From assembly GCA_049517435.1 (NCBI GenBank), contig JBEKRZ010000003.1:82865-146864 (forward strand): 64,000 nucleotides of DNA, written 5' to 3'. Origin of the DNA: Smithella sp. GTDB taxonomy: Bacteria > Desulfobacterota > Syntrophia > Syntrophales > Smithellaceae. Shown piece by piece: positions 21,267 through 30,804 of this stretch (position 1 is the stretch's first letter; each line of letters opens with the position of its first letter). The position numbers and the translations under genes were made by a program. The notes below the pieces were generated by a model. It was not told where the DNA came from, ran no database searches, and saw only the letters and a list, made by a program, of their open reading frames with translations.

Positions 21267-24248
21267 CTAAAAATTAAGAGGCTTTTGCCACGCATCTTTG
21301 AGTTTGCTGATTTTTTCTTTGATGATCAGTTTGCCGGAAAGCCCCGTTATCTGGAAGAGTCCATCACTCGCGACAAAGCCGATTTCGCTGACAACATTCC
21401 CAGCCAAAATCTTTTCAAACTTTCCTTTATCCTTGGGATGGATGGTTACCACAAAACGGCTGGCCGTCTCCGAAAACAAGATATAATCGTTTCTTTTCTT
21501 GCCGCGGTAAGGAACATCCTTCAAATCGACATTCATACCGAAGCCCCCTGCAAACGCCGTTTCGATCAGCGCCACACCTAAACCTCCGTCGGAGCAATCG
21601 TGGCAGGAGGCGATAAGCCCCGCCTGAATCGCCTTGTGCAGGGCGCAGTATTTTTTGATGGCTTTTTTCACATTCACTTGCGGCACTTTATTGCCAATAG
21701 CTCCGTGTTCAGCGAACCATTCGGAGCCGCCCAGTTCATCAAGAGTTTCACCGATAACGTAAACCAGATCCTGTGGGCGTTTGGCATCCATCGTCACGGC
21801 TTTGCGCACATCCTTAATTTTGCCAATCACCGAATAAAGTAACGTTGGCGGCACGGATATTTTTGTAAGGCCTATGGAATAATCGTTTTTCATGCTGTCT
21901 TTGCCGGAGATGCAGGGCACGCCAAAGGCGGTAGTATAATCGTAAATTGCCATGTTCGAGCGAACGAGTTGAGCGAGTTTATATTCGCCGTCGGGTGTTT
22001 TTGCGGACTTCACGGGATCACACCAGCAGAAATTATCCAGCCCCGCCAGATGATCAAGATCAGCGCCGACGGCCACGGCATTGCGGATTGCTTCGTCAAT
22101 AGCGCAGGCTGTCATATGGTAGGTGTCGATATCGCTGTAGCGCGGGCAGATGCCGTGCGCCACCACCACGCCTTCCATGGAATCCAGAATCGGCCGCACA
22201 ATGCCCGCGTCCGACGGGCCGTCGTTTTGCGCGCCAACCATGGGTTTGATAACGGAGCCACCCTGAACTTCATGATCGTACTGGCGCACAACCGCTTCCT
22301 TGGAGCAGATATTCAATCGCGAAAGCATCTGGGCAAAGGCTTTGCCAAGAATTACCGGTTCTGCAAATGTCGGCTCGAAATTTTTCGGCGCCTTCCACTT
22401 GGCTGACAGTTTCATCTGTGGCACGCCATTGTGCAGAAATTCCATATCCAGATAGGCTACGGTTTTTTCACCGTATCGGGCATGAAATATCCCGGACTTG
22501 GTGAACTTGCCCATAGCTGTGGCTTCCACGCCCATCTTGCGGGCCAGTTCCATAAACGCATCCACTTTTTTCGGATCGACCGCGAGCGACATGCGCTCCT
22601 GCGCCTCCGAAACCAGAATTTCCCAGGGCTGAAGACCGGCGTATTTCAAGGGCGCTAAAGACAAATCAATTTCGCAGCCGCCGGAATAAGTGGCCATTTC
22701 GCCAACTGATGAAGACAGCCCGCCCGCGCCATTATCCGTGAGTGCGCGGTAAAGGCCGCGGTTTCTGGCTATAAGCAGGAAATCAGTCATTTTCTTTTGC
22801 GTGATTGGGTCGCCGATCTGCACAGCGGTGACTGGTGAGCCTTCGTGCAGTTCTTCCGAAGAAAAAGTTGCGCCGTGAATGCCGTCTTTGCCGATCCGGC
22901 CGCCGGTCATGATGATGACATCGCCAGGTTTGATTTCCTTGCCGTGGGTCGGCTTGCCATTGAGTTTCGCGGGCATGATGCCGGCGGTGCCGCAGTAAAC
23001 CAGAGGTTTGCCTAAATATCTTTCATCAAAAACGATACTGCCGTTGATTGTGGGAATGCCGCTTTTATTACCGCCGTGCTCCACGCCTTCGCGCACACCT
23101 TCATAAATCCGGCGCGGATGAAGAATGCGGGGCGGCAGTTTCTTTTTATAAAAGGGCGAGGCAAAGCAAAACACGTCGGTATTGAAAATAAGTTTTGCGC
23201 CGATGCCTGTGCCGAACGGATCACGATTGACACCGACAATGCCGGTGAGCGCTCCGCCGTAGGGATCAAGAGCGGAGGGTGAATTATGCGTTTCTACCTT
23301 GAAGACCAGATTGTGATCTTCATTGAATTTGATGACACCCGCGTTATCCACGAAAACAGAAAGGCAGAAATCCTTTTTGCCTTTTGCCTTGCGGATTTTG
23401 GCCGTAGAGCCTTTAATATATTTTTTGAAAAGCGAATCTATTTTTAATTTGTTGCGGCCGTCGGAATAATCAATCTTGCTGTTGAATATTTTATGTTTGC
23501 AGTGCTCCGACCATGTCTGCGCCAGACATTCCAGTTCCACATCGGTCGTGTTTTCATCAAGACCGAATTTCCTACGGGCTTTGAGAACGGCTGAATTCTG
23601 ATAATAAGCCTGAATCTTCTGCATCTCTTCCAGATTCAGGGCCAGAAGTTTTTCCTGGCTGATTTTCAAAAGTCCCTGCGCGTCAACGGCCGCCAGATTG
23701 ATTTGAGCTACCTGCGGTTCATCTTTGCCCATAACCTGCGGAACATAGGCAGGCATACCGGCATTGAAATCAAAGTTGTTTGATCCGACAACCTGATGGC
23801 GTTCGATTAGATCGTTTGCCAGCAAACCGGAGGCAATTTTTTCCGCATCAGCCTGTGATATTTTGCCGCTGATTAAAAATTGTCGGGATGTATAAACGCT
23901 GACTTTACGCGTCCCGATATTTTCGCCAAGTAGTAACGTGATGGCTTCGCGGGCGGTTTTGCCAACATTGTCGGTTACACCCGGGCGAAAGCCAACTTCA
24001 ATGAGCCAATCAAAGTTTTTCGCGAGCGGCTGATTAATGGAGAATTCCTGAATAACTGGATCAGAGAGCGGCCCTGCGGCGGCTTCCTGTAATTCGGCAG
24101 CCGTCAGCTCCCCGGCGATTGTATAAACTTCGATGGTGGCAACTTTTTCAACCGGCAACGCCAGATTATCGATAATGCGCTTTCTGGTCTTTTCACCGAG
24201 CGCGTCGCGAATGCCTTCTTTGAAACCAACTTCAATTCGAGCGGCCAT
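21267..24248 (-). CDS. purL: FGAM synthase PurL (with PurS-like N-terminus)
   Basis: QTWSEHCKHKIF, KVETHNSPS, DNGAGG, SEAQERM, HDCSDGG. Confidence 0.95.
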   Translation of the reverse strand: MAARIEVGFKEGIRDALGEKTRKRIIDNLALPVEKVATIEVYTIAGELTAAELQEAAAGPLSDPVIQEFSINQPLAKNFDWLIEVGFRPGVTDNVGKTAREAITLLLGENIGTRKVSVYTSRQFLISGKISQADAEKIASGLLANDLIERHQVVGSNNFDFNAGMPAYVPQVMGKDEPQVAQINLAAVDAQGLLKISQEKLLALNLEEMQKIQAYYQNSAVLKARRKFGLDENTTDVELECLAQTWSEHCKHKIFNSKIDYSDGRNKLKIDSLFKKYIKGSTAKIRKAKGKKDFCLSVFVDNAGVIKFNEDHNLVFKVETHNSPSALDPYGGALTGIVGVNRDPFGTGIGAKLIFNTDVFCFASPFYKKKLPPRILHPRRIYEGVREGVEHGGNKSGIPTINGSIVFDERYLGKPLVYCGTAGIMPAKLNGKPTHGKEIKPGDVIIMTGGRIGKDGIHGATFSSEELHEGSPVTAVQIGDPITQKKMTDFLLIARNRGLYRALTDNGAGGLSSSVGEMATYSGGCEIDLSLAPLKYAGLQPWEILVSEAQERMSLAVDPKKVDAFMELARKMGVEATAMGKFTKSGIFHARYGEKTVAYLDMEFLHNGVPQMKLSAKWKAPKNFEPTFAEPVILGKAFAQMLSRLNICSKEAVVRQYDHEVQGGSVIKPMVGAQNDGPSDAGIVRPILDSMEGVVVAHGICPRYSDIDTYHMTACAIDEAIRNAVAVGADLDHLAGLDNFCWCDPVKSAKTPDGEYKLAQLVRSNMAIYDYTTAFGVPCISGKDSMKNDYSIGLTKISVPPTLLYSVIGKIKDVRKAVTMDAKRPQDLVYVIGETLDELGGSEWFAEHGAIGNKVPQVNVKKAIKKYCALHKAIQAGLIASCHDCSDGGLGVALIETAFAGGFGMNVDLKDVPYRGKKRNDYILFSETASRFVVTIHPKDKGKFEKILAGNVVSEIGFVASDGLFQITGLSGKLIIKEKISKLKDAWQKPLNF

Positions 24249-24261
24249 GATTTACCCTATA

Positions 24262-24386
24262 GCGGCATCGTAAAAAGTCCATATGCTACGTTGCGCTGCA
24301 TCCTTCGTCATTGTAACGTACGCAAAAAGTACGTCTCATTCCTCAGGATTTGCGCGCCTTGCCTCTGGAACTTTTTACGAAGCCGC
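24262..24386. mobile_element. Family B MITE
   Basis: TIRs GCGGCATCGTAAAAAGT / ACTTTTTACGAAGCCGC; interior matches 35720-35810 inverted; spare end near 24408-24426. Confidence 0.75.
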
Positions 24387-24556
24387 TCCAAAGTGCATTG
24401 CTTTTAGACCTTTTTACGAGTTCATCTTTATTAAATTCTGTCTGATAAAGCAGACGGTGCGGTTATACCCAAAAGATCGCAATAAAGCAACTTACAAATA
24501 TGTGCTGGATAAGACGCATAAATGTTTACGACCAGTTGCCTTAGATTTACCAAATT

Positions 24557-24681
24557 ATACCATTTCTAAATCAAAGATGATATTGAGGCGGCTAGGCGGA
24601 GGCGACGAGGCGTATTATAGATACGTTGAGGAAGCCGACAACGACGCCAACAAAAATAGCGCTTTGATTTAGAATTGGTAT
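24557..24681. mobile_element. Family A MITE (simplest copy)
   Basis: TIRs ATACCATTTCTAAATCAAAG / CTTTGATTTAGAATTGGTAT; homologous to 37156, 46108, 34716, 46909. Confidence 0.85.
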
Positions 24682-24845
24682 TAATAATCATTTGATTTTA
24701 AATAGATATTTGTGTAGAAAATACATCATTCAAAGAACAGATTTTGTATCAAACTGGTATATAAGGTAATACGTGTATTAATTGTTGGGCAAAAAAATTA
24801 GAGTATAAATATAAAGATAGTCAATTTCCTTAAAGGAGAACCAAT

Positions 24846-25592
24846 ATGGATAATGAGTTTTGGGCTTTTGTTTCAAAAAAGGCAGAGGAAACATTTATTC
24901 GACCAAAAAGACTTTATCCTTGGGATTCGATTGTTCAAGGGGTTACTGTCTGTAAATCTGATGGTACTTCAGAGCGCATGTATGCTGTCGCAAAAAATAC
25001 ATGGCGAGCACATCACCGAAAAGACACCTCTCGAACAGGATCGAGTAAGATATTTATGGATTTTTTCAGTAATAATCAGAACAAAATGTTAAATGATTTG
25101 CAAGGAGTGAAAAATCGATCTAATCTGCATGAAGTTGCCAATTTCTGGGTGTCAGAAATAAGACCGAAATTAAGTAATGTAAAAACTCATATATTGAATT
25201 CATACAATAGCATCAGAAAACCAATAGATTTGTATTTTTATAATCTTGTTTCTATGGCGGTTGAAGTTCCCAATGAAACTCGGTTATTCTTGATTCCAAT
25301 TTTATTTTTACCAGTCGATAGTCAAATACTAGGCATATTCAGTTTAGAAAGGAATCAAGAATTTGGTATTTTTTCTTATAATCAACTTCGTATACTTGGG
25401 CTTACTCATCAATCTTCTTATGGGCACGTTAAAACTGAAAGTACATATAATAAGTTACAAGATATTATTACCATACGAGCAAAGGAACTTAGTGAATGCT
25501 GCTCAGCACCATTCTACCCTATTTATTTCGAGATGCTATGGAACGAAAGGTATAAGCGCACCGGCGGAAATATCTTTGAGTTAAATCCATAA
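24846..25592 (+). CDS. Hypothetical protein in an integron gene cassette
   Basis: AT-rich 248-aa ORF with AAGGAG RBS between core site GTTGGGC (24784) and attC. Confidence 0.75.
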   Translation: MDNEFWAFVSKKAEETFIRPKRLYPWDSIVQGVTVCKSDGTSERMYAVAKNTWRAHHRKDTSRTGSSKIFMDFFSNNQNKMLNDLQGVKNRSNLHEVANFWVSEIRPKLSNVKTHILNSYNSIRKPIDLYFYNLVSMAVEVPNETRLFLIPILFLPVDSQILGIFSLERNQEFGIFSYNQLRILGLTHQSSYGHVKTESTYNKLQDIITIRAKELSECCSAPFYPIYFEMLWNERYKRTGGNIFELNP

Positions 25593-25607
25593 AAAATGGA
25601 ATTGGCA

Positions 25608-25672
25608 ACCCAACAAAAAAATTCAGCCGATCGCCGGGCTGTGCCCGGCTCCGGCTGATTTCTTCGTTAAGC
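25608..25672 (+). other. Integron attC site
   Basis: R'' ACCCAAC-N5-L'' AATTCAGC (one extra base) ... L' GCTGATT-N5-R' GTTAAGC; internal stem GCCGGGC/GCCCGGC. Confidence 0.85.
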
Positions 25673-25690
25673 CCTTACCGCAAATATTGC

Positions 25691-26131
25691 TTATCCTTTT
25701 ATCGTGCCACACTTACGGCATTTTCTGGCCCCACGAAAAAGCTGTGTGCCGCAATTATCGCAGGAAAAAAGTTTTTCTTCGCCTTTAATAAACGCCTCTG
25801 TACCCAACTCTCTCCAGAGCGGAATAGCGCGCAGAATATTTTTCTTGCCTTCCGGCACCGGAAAATTATCGATCTTATCGCAGGGGAAGCTATCACATTG
25901 ATGGCAGCCGCTATATCCCTTTTCCTTCGTACAGCTTTTGATGGCGCAAACCGCGCAGTACCAGTAAACCGAATCAGAGCGACATCCCCGGCAATTAATT
26001 TTGTCCGGGGTGTCACCATAGGCTTTGGCCAGTTTTTCTTTTAAAGGCTGATCGCCACTAGCTGTTGCGCAATATATGCCGCAGACACCGCAATAAAGAC
26101 CGCATGGGGAAACCAATTCCTGATTAATCAT
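25691..26131 (-). CDS. Cys-rich DUF3795-like protein
   Basis: PCGLYCGVC, CRGC, CAIKSC, CHQCDSFPC, C-terminal CxxC-CxxC; RBS AGGAGG. Confidence 0.75.
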   Translation of the reverse strand: MINQELVSPCGLYCGVCGIYCATASGDQPLKEKLAKAYGDTPDKINCRGCRSDSVYWYCAVCAIKSCTKEKGYSGCHQCDSFPCDKIDNFPVPEGKKNILRAIPLWRELGTEAFIKGEEKLFSCDNCGTQLFRGARKCRKCGTIKG

Positions 26132-26196
26132 TTATTCCTCCTTTTTGTTGCGGGACATAACGCCCCGCATAGCCGGTTGCCAGACAAAAGACTCGG

Positions 26197-26379
26197 TTAC
26201 TCCTTGCCTCTATCGACGATTTTCGCTTCAATAACTACTCATCCCCACCCACCACATTTAAGTCCAACGTTATCACAATGGCCCCTGTAGAAAAATGAAC
26301 GAGGATCGAGACCTTCATACATCCTTTCTTGAATAACACACATCATTTGGGTCATCGCAGGCATCAAATGGAGGCACAC
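26197..26379 (-). pseudogene. C-terminal half of a split paralog of 26424-26864
   Basis: Translates VCLHLMPAM...YEGLDP...CDNVGLKCGGWG*VVIEAKIVDR, aligning with the intact copy. Confidence 0.75.
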
Positions 26380-26423
26380 TGACCTCAGATTTTCCAGAAA
26401 AGTCAAGAATAAAGATTTGATCC

Positions 26424-26864
26424 CTATTTTTCAGCTTTTTTTCGATCTTCAACTTTTACTTCCATAACGATATGTCCCCATCCGCCGCACCTTACTCCTA
26501 CATCCGGGCAGCCGAACCGTTTGAACCTCATTTTATTGGGATCGACACCGGCATAAAGAAGTTCAGCTAATGCGGGCATAGCAAGAGCAACCGAATGTAA
26601 AGCAAAAATACAAACTCTATTTGGAGAAAGTTTTGTTAAAAAACTAACACCACGACCATCGAAATAAAACTTATCACCGGCTTTATGCCCGCTGTCACAA
26701 CCATGTGATTCAATAACTTCCGCGATTATCGTTTTGTTGAGCATTAAAGCTGTTTTGGACAATGTGTCTTCATTTCTGGGATCTGCCCGAAATATCGTCA
26801 TTTCCTCATCGGTGTAACACAGGTGTTTCTGCACCATTTTCCATGTATCTTCACCAATTTTCAT
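26424..26864 (-). CDS. Conserved Cys-containing protein (TIGR04076-like pattern)
   Basis: RBS AGGAGG; GCDSGHKAGD, VC, CPDVGVRCGGWG; family name recalled from pattern only. Confidence 0.65.
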   Translation of the reverse strand: MKIGEDTWKMVQKHLCYTDEEMTIFRADPRNEDTLSKTALMLNKTIIAEVIESHGCDSGHKAGDKFYFDGRGVSFLTKLSPNRVCIFALHSVALAMPALAELLYAGVDPNKMRFKRFGCPDVGVRCGGWGHIVMEVKVEDRKKAEK

Positions 26865-26915
26865 TTTATCTCCTCCTTAGATTTATATGTTTGCTTTATG
26901 CCTATACAGTTGGGA

Positions 26916-27170
26916 TACTTTCTTAGGTCCTTTATGGGCGAACATGCATCCTTCCGGACTAAAAAAGAAACGATCACCAACCTTGTGCTCAACATTGCAC
27001 CCTTGCGATTCGTACACTTCAAAAACAATTGTTTTCTTCAGGAGATCATTAGATTTCTCCAAGATTCTCGATCAACGGTTGTCCTTCCTGAATATCTCCA
27101 TTTCTTCATTACTATAGCCCAAATGAGACTGAAAATTCTTCCATGCATTTTCGTCAATTTTCATTGTCAT
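26916..27170 (-). pseudogene. N-terminal half of a split paralog of 26424-26864
   Basis: MTMKIDENAWKNFQSHLGYSNEEMEIFRKDNR*SRILEK...SQGCNVEHKVGDRFFF...GPKKV; TGA at 27072-27074. Confidence 0.75.
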
Positions 27171-27177
27171 CTCCCTT

Positions 27178-28056
27178 TTATTGCAGCAAGATTTCATTGA
27201 TATTGCTTCTTTGTAATAAATCTTTCAGCCAGCTAACCATATCCGGCCCCTTGAAAAACGGCTGCTCCTGATAAAGTGTCAAAAATTCGGAATATGAATT
27301 TTCTATATCGGTGACAGTCTTTCCCAGAACGTCTCGTATTGTTCCCAGTGAGTCGTGTTTGATGTTCATATCGCCAGGCTTAATCATGCCCAATTGTATC
27401 AGGTAACTTACCTGCTCACTGCATTTGCAGGGATTATGCTCATCAAAAAGGCTGCAATTATTTTGAAAATAAGCGGCAACTTTTTTGCGCGACCGCGATA
27501 GAATCTGACGGAAGTTCGCCCTTGAAATATCGCAAATTTCCGCCCCGATTTTATCAGTGACATCAAATATTGCTCCGAGAATCAGCACCATCCGCTCCAT
27601 TCTGTTGAGGCACAGCAATATGCACAACGTGCAATAGTTTTTGGTTTCATCGATGATTTCTTTATCGCGCATCGGGGCAAGTTTTTTTGTGTCTGGTAAG
27701 TTGAGACCGAATATTAATAAATCTAAGCTTTCCGCGTGAGCGGCAAAGAACTGCTCTCTTTTACTCTCCTTGATGTTGATGACATGATTGGCGACAATCC
27801 GGTATAACCAGGTTCTAAATGCGGCCTTTTTCTGATCGTAAGTCGAAAGCTTGGCAATGGTTTTAATCAAAATCTCCTGTGTAATATCTTCCGCCCGGTG
27901 GATGTTTCCGGTCATATTCAGGGCGATATTAAAAATCCAGGACTGGTGCCGCAGGATGAGCGCCTCCAGAGCCGCGGCATCACCTTCCAGCGCCCGCTTT
28001 ATATAATCAACGTCGCTCTCGCGCTCTTCGATCTTTTCTTGAAAAGGGTTGTGCAT
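27178..28056 (-). CDS. ECF RNA polymerase sigma factor with Cys-rich C-terminal extension
   Basis: AEDITQEILIK, FRTWLYRI, region 4 with LSRSRKK, CSL...PCKC. Confidence 0.85.
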   Translation of the reverse strand: MHNPFQEKIEERESDVDYIKRALEGDAAALEALILRHQSWIFNIALNMTGNIHRAEDITQEILIKTIAKLSTYDQKKAAFRTWLYRIVANHVINIKESKREQFFAAHAESLDLLIFGLNLPDTKKLAPMRDKEIIDETKNYCTLCILLCLNRMERMVLILGAIFDVTDKIGAEICDISRANFRQILSRSRKKVAAYFQNNCSLFDEHNPCKCSEQVSYLIQLGMIKPGDMNIKHDSLGTIRDVLGKTVTDIENSYSEFLTLYQEQPFFKGPDMVSWLKDLLQRSNINEILLQ

Positions 28057-28312
28057 TCTTTTAACTCTTTAAAAAGTGAATTTCATTCATCTGCATCTTA
28101 TACAATTTTTCTATAAGAGTGTGACAGACCTTTTCGCTTCAAGATATTTCTCTTAAATTACAAAGCATTATACTCTGATTTGCCGATTATGCAGCTTTTT
28201 GTTTACCCTCATTTTACTTGACACTTCCATTTTTTTAACCGATATATTCAGCAATCATTATCAAAGTATTGGCAAGGCGTGATAAATTTATCCGACGGAT
28301 TGCGGAGAAAAC

Positions 28313-29560
28313 ATGGATTTAATTCTGATTATCATAATTCTCATCCTGCTGGTGATCGGTTTTGTTGTGCTGTATCTGCGGGCGGGGAGAGCTTCTGTTG
28401 ATCTTACGCCGCTTATCAACAAATTGGATATGTTGCAAAATTATCAGGAAAGAACGGACCGTTCTATCCGCGATGAAATATCCAAGTTTCGCGAGGAAAT
28501 GAAAACCGGCGCCCATCAGGAAAGAGCGGAATTAACCGTCTCACTCAAATCATTCAGTGATTCAGTGGAGCAGAAAATGACGGCTGTGGGTCAGCTGGTT
28601 GATGAAAAACTAAAGCAAATTCAGGAAGACAATACGCGTCAACTTGATCGCATGCGTGAAACAGTTGATGAAAAGCTGCACAGCACACTGGAAAAAAGAT
28701 TGGGTGAAGCTTTCAAGCAAGTCTCCGAACGGCTGGAACAGGTGCATCAGGGGTTGGGTGATATGCGTAATCTGGCCGCGGATGTTGGTGATTTGAGGAA
28801 AGTGCTGACCAATGTCAAGACACGCGGCACCTGGGGTGAAGTGCAATTAGGCGCGCTTCTGGAAGAAATCCTCTCGCCGGAACAATACGCCAAGAATGTG
28901 AAGATTAAAGAAAACAGCAGTGAACTTGTCGAATTTGCCATCAAACTTCCTGGAAAGGATGATTCGCCGGCAGATCACGTCCTGATTCCGGTGGACGCAA
29001 AATTTCCGGTGGAAGATTATCAGCGGCTGCTGGACGCGCAGGAAAAGGCGGATACAACTGCCGCCGATGATGCTGTCAGACAACTGGAAGCAAGTATTAA
29101 AAAAGCAGCCAAAGATATATCTCAAAAATATATTGCTCCACCCAAGACTACTGATTTCGGGATTATGTTTTTGCCTGCCGAAGGCCTTTATGCCGAAGTT
29201 ATCCGTAGGACTGCTCTGGTCCAGATGCTCCAGCGCGAATACCATATTGTCATTACAGGACCTACCACATTTGCCGCTCTTTTAAACAGCCTGCAAATGG
29301 GCTTCCGCGCCCTGGCCATCCAGAAGCGTTCCAGTGAAGTCTGGAAAGTGCTGGGTGAAGTAAAATCAGCCTTTGGGAGATTTGGCGATACTCTTGACGC
29401 TGTGCATAAGCGGCTGGAACAGGCCGCCAATTCCGTGGATGATGCCCGGAAGAAATCAAAAACCATTCAGAATAAATTACGCGCCGTGGAAATATTACCC
29501 GGCGCATCTGACGAAGCTTTGCTCGAGGATAAAACACCTGCCGAGCTGGAAGAGCCTTAA
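28313..29560 (+). CDS. rmuC: DNA recombination protein RmuC
   Basis: N-terminal TM, coiled coil, KTRGTWGE, VDAKFP, MFLPAEGLY, GPTT. Confidence 0.93.
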   Translation: MDLILIIIILILLVIGFVVLYLRAGRASVDLTPLINKLDMLQNYQERTDRSIRDEISKFREEMKTGAHQERAELTVSLKSFSDSVEQKMTAVGQLVDEKLKQIQEDNTRQLDRMRETVDEKLHSTLEKRLGEAFKQVSERLEQVHQGLGDMRNLAADVGDLRKVLTNVKTRGTWGEVQLGALLEEILSPEQYAKNVKIKENSSELVEFAIKLPGKDDSPADHVLIPVDAKFPVEDYQRLLDAQEKADTTAADDAVRQLEASIKKAAKDISQKYIAPPKTTDFGIMFLPAEGLYAEVIRRTALVQMLQREYHIVITGPTTFAALLNSLQMGFRALAIQKRSSEVWKVLGEVKSAFGRFGDTLDAVHKRLEQAANSVDDARKKSKTIQNKLRAVEILPGASDEALLEDKTPAELEEP

Positions 29561-29700
29561 CCGGACACCGATTATGTTTTGGTCAGGATATCTATTAGTA
29601 ATTGCTATGTCATTGTTCTTTCATTTTTTACCCCTATGTATGTTGTTAAGATAATAGACGTGTGGCTCAGTATTATCTATGAAATTATCCGGAGATATAA

Positions 29701-30372
29701 ATGAAAGAATTTGATCCCTTCGGGTGGTTGGAAAAGTTTTTTCCCGCACATTTTTTGCACCGGCTGATCCGGATCGGAATTATTGTTATTCTCATTATTT
29801 TTCTGGTTCACCGAATTAGCTTATACAGATACTATCTTGTAAAGCCTTTGTGGGTGACAGAAACACTTATCTACGTAGTTTTTCTCGTCAGCTATGCTAT
29901 TCGGATTGATCCTGTAGAGAGATCCCGAGGATTAAAGGAAATTATCATTCCGTTGATCGGAGGAGTTCTCCCTTTTGCCCTGCTTTCATCGCCGCCCAAC
30001 CCTTTAATGGACGGTAATTGGTTGATTAAATATATCATTTTTTACTGGATGACTGCTGCCATGGCACTTACAATCTGGGGTTTGTGGACGTTACGTTATT
30101 CTTTTAGTATTACCGTCGAGGCGCGTGCCTTAATAACTAACGGCCCCTATCGCTGGATCAGGCATCCTGTATATTTGGGAGAAATTCTTACTGCTCTCTC
30201 TGTTACTATCTGGCGGTTTTCCGTTCTCAATATAGTCATTTTTACATTATTTGTCATCATTCAGTTGCTTCGGGCGAAATGGGAGGAGGCTAAACTTGGC
30301 CAGGTTTTTGCGGCTTACAGCATTTATGCGGCTCATGTCAAATGGATATGTCCATACAAAAAGCCATCATGA
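29701..30372 (+). CDS. Isoprenylcysteine carboxyl methyltransferase family membrane protein
   Basis: LITNGPYRWIRHPVY, RAKWEE. Confidence 0.8.
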   Translation: MKEFDPFGWLEKFFPAHFLHRLIRIGIIVILIIFLVHRISLYRYYLVKPLWVTETLIYVVFLVSYAIRIDPVERSRGLKEIIIPLIGGVLPFALLSSPPNPLMDGNWLIKYIIFYWMTAAMALTIWGLWTLRYSFSITVEARALITNGPYRWIRHPVYLGEILTALSVTIWRFSVLNIVIFTLFVIIQLLRAKWEEAKLGQVFAAYSIYAAHVKWICPYKKPS

Positions 30373-30498
30373 TATCGTTTCCCAATCCATCCATTTTTCG
30401 TTTGACATGAAGTTTTATCTATGATTTATAAATCAGCAGAAATATTATGGAGTTTGCGGCAATTTGTTGGCGGAAGCATCTACAAGGTAAGCTGCCTA

Positions 30499-30558
30499 TT
30501 GAGCACTAACTGTTATGATTATTATTACATTGCCCTGTCTCGATCTGCTCATCGCTGA
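30499..30558 (+). CDS. Putative Tyr-rich attenuator leader peptide (MSTNCYDYYYIALSRSAHR)
   Basis: TTG start 10 nt after AAGGT; codons TAT GAT TAT TAT TAC; followed by a terminator. Confidence 0.55.
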   Translation: MSTNCYDYYYIALSRSAHR

Positions 30559-30582
30559 GACGACTCGGAAATAGATCGTGTT

Positions 30583-30622
30583 AAAAGCCACGGGCAGAAA
30601 TAAAAAAGTCCGTGGCTTTTTT
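30583..30622 (+). terminator. Attenuator terminator upstream of the ABC operon
   Basis: AAAAGCCACGGGC...GTCCGTGGCTTTTTT. Confidence 0.75.
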
Positions 30623-30640
30623 AATTTTTGAGATTTATTG

Positions 30641-30770
30641 TTGAAACTCCAATTCCGAAAGCGAAGCGTAGCGGAATTGATAAGTTGAACAATCCCCCGC
30701 AAAGCGGAGGATTTAATATCCAGCAGCTTGCTGCGGAATCTGTTTCCAAAGCTTGCTTTGGGGTTCCCGG
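30641..30770 (-). repeat. Family C element (30641-30712) plus family D palindromes
   Basis: Reverse complement ATCCTCCGC-TTT-GCGGGGGAT-TGTTCAACTTATC-hairpin-GGAGTTTCAA; CAGCAGCTTGCTGCGG and CCAAAGCTTGCTTTGG follow. Confidence 0.7.
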
Positions 30771-30804
30771 GATAAGTGACTAAACTTTGAAAATGGAGGT
30801 GTGT

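Noticed and set aside
24283-24672. 129-aa ORF
   Set aside because: Runs through two MITEs (families B and A); no RBS or protein motif; repeat-derived.
26239-27074. In-frame TGA codons as selenocysteine
   Set aside because: They align with Asn and His in the intact paralog, not Cys, and lie in a gene already split by an insertion.
30440-30625. Metabolite riboswitch or T-box in the ABC operon leader
   Set aside because: No T-box (AAGGTGGTACC-like) or recognisable aptamer consensus; a leader-peptide attenuator fits better.
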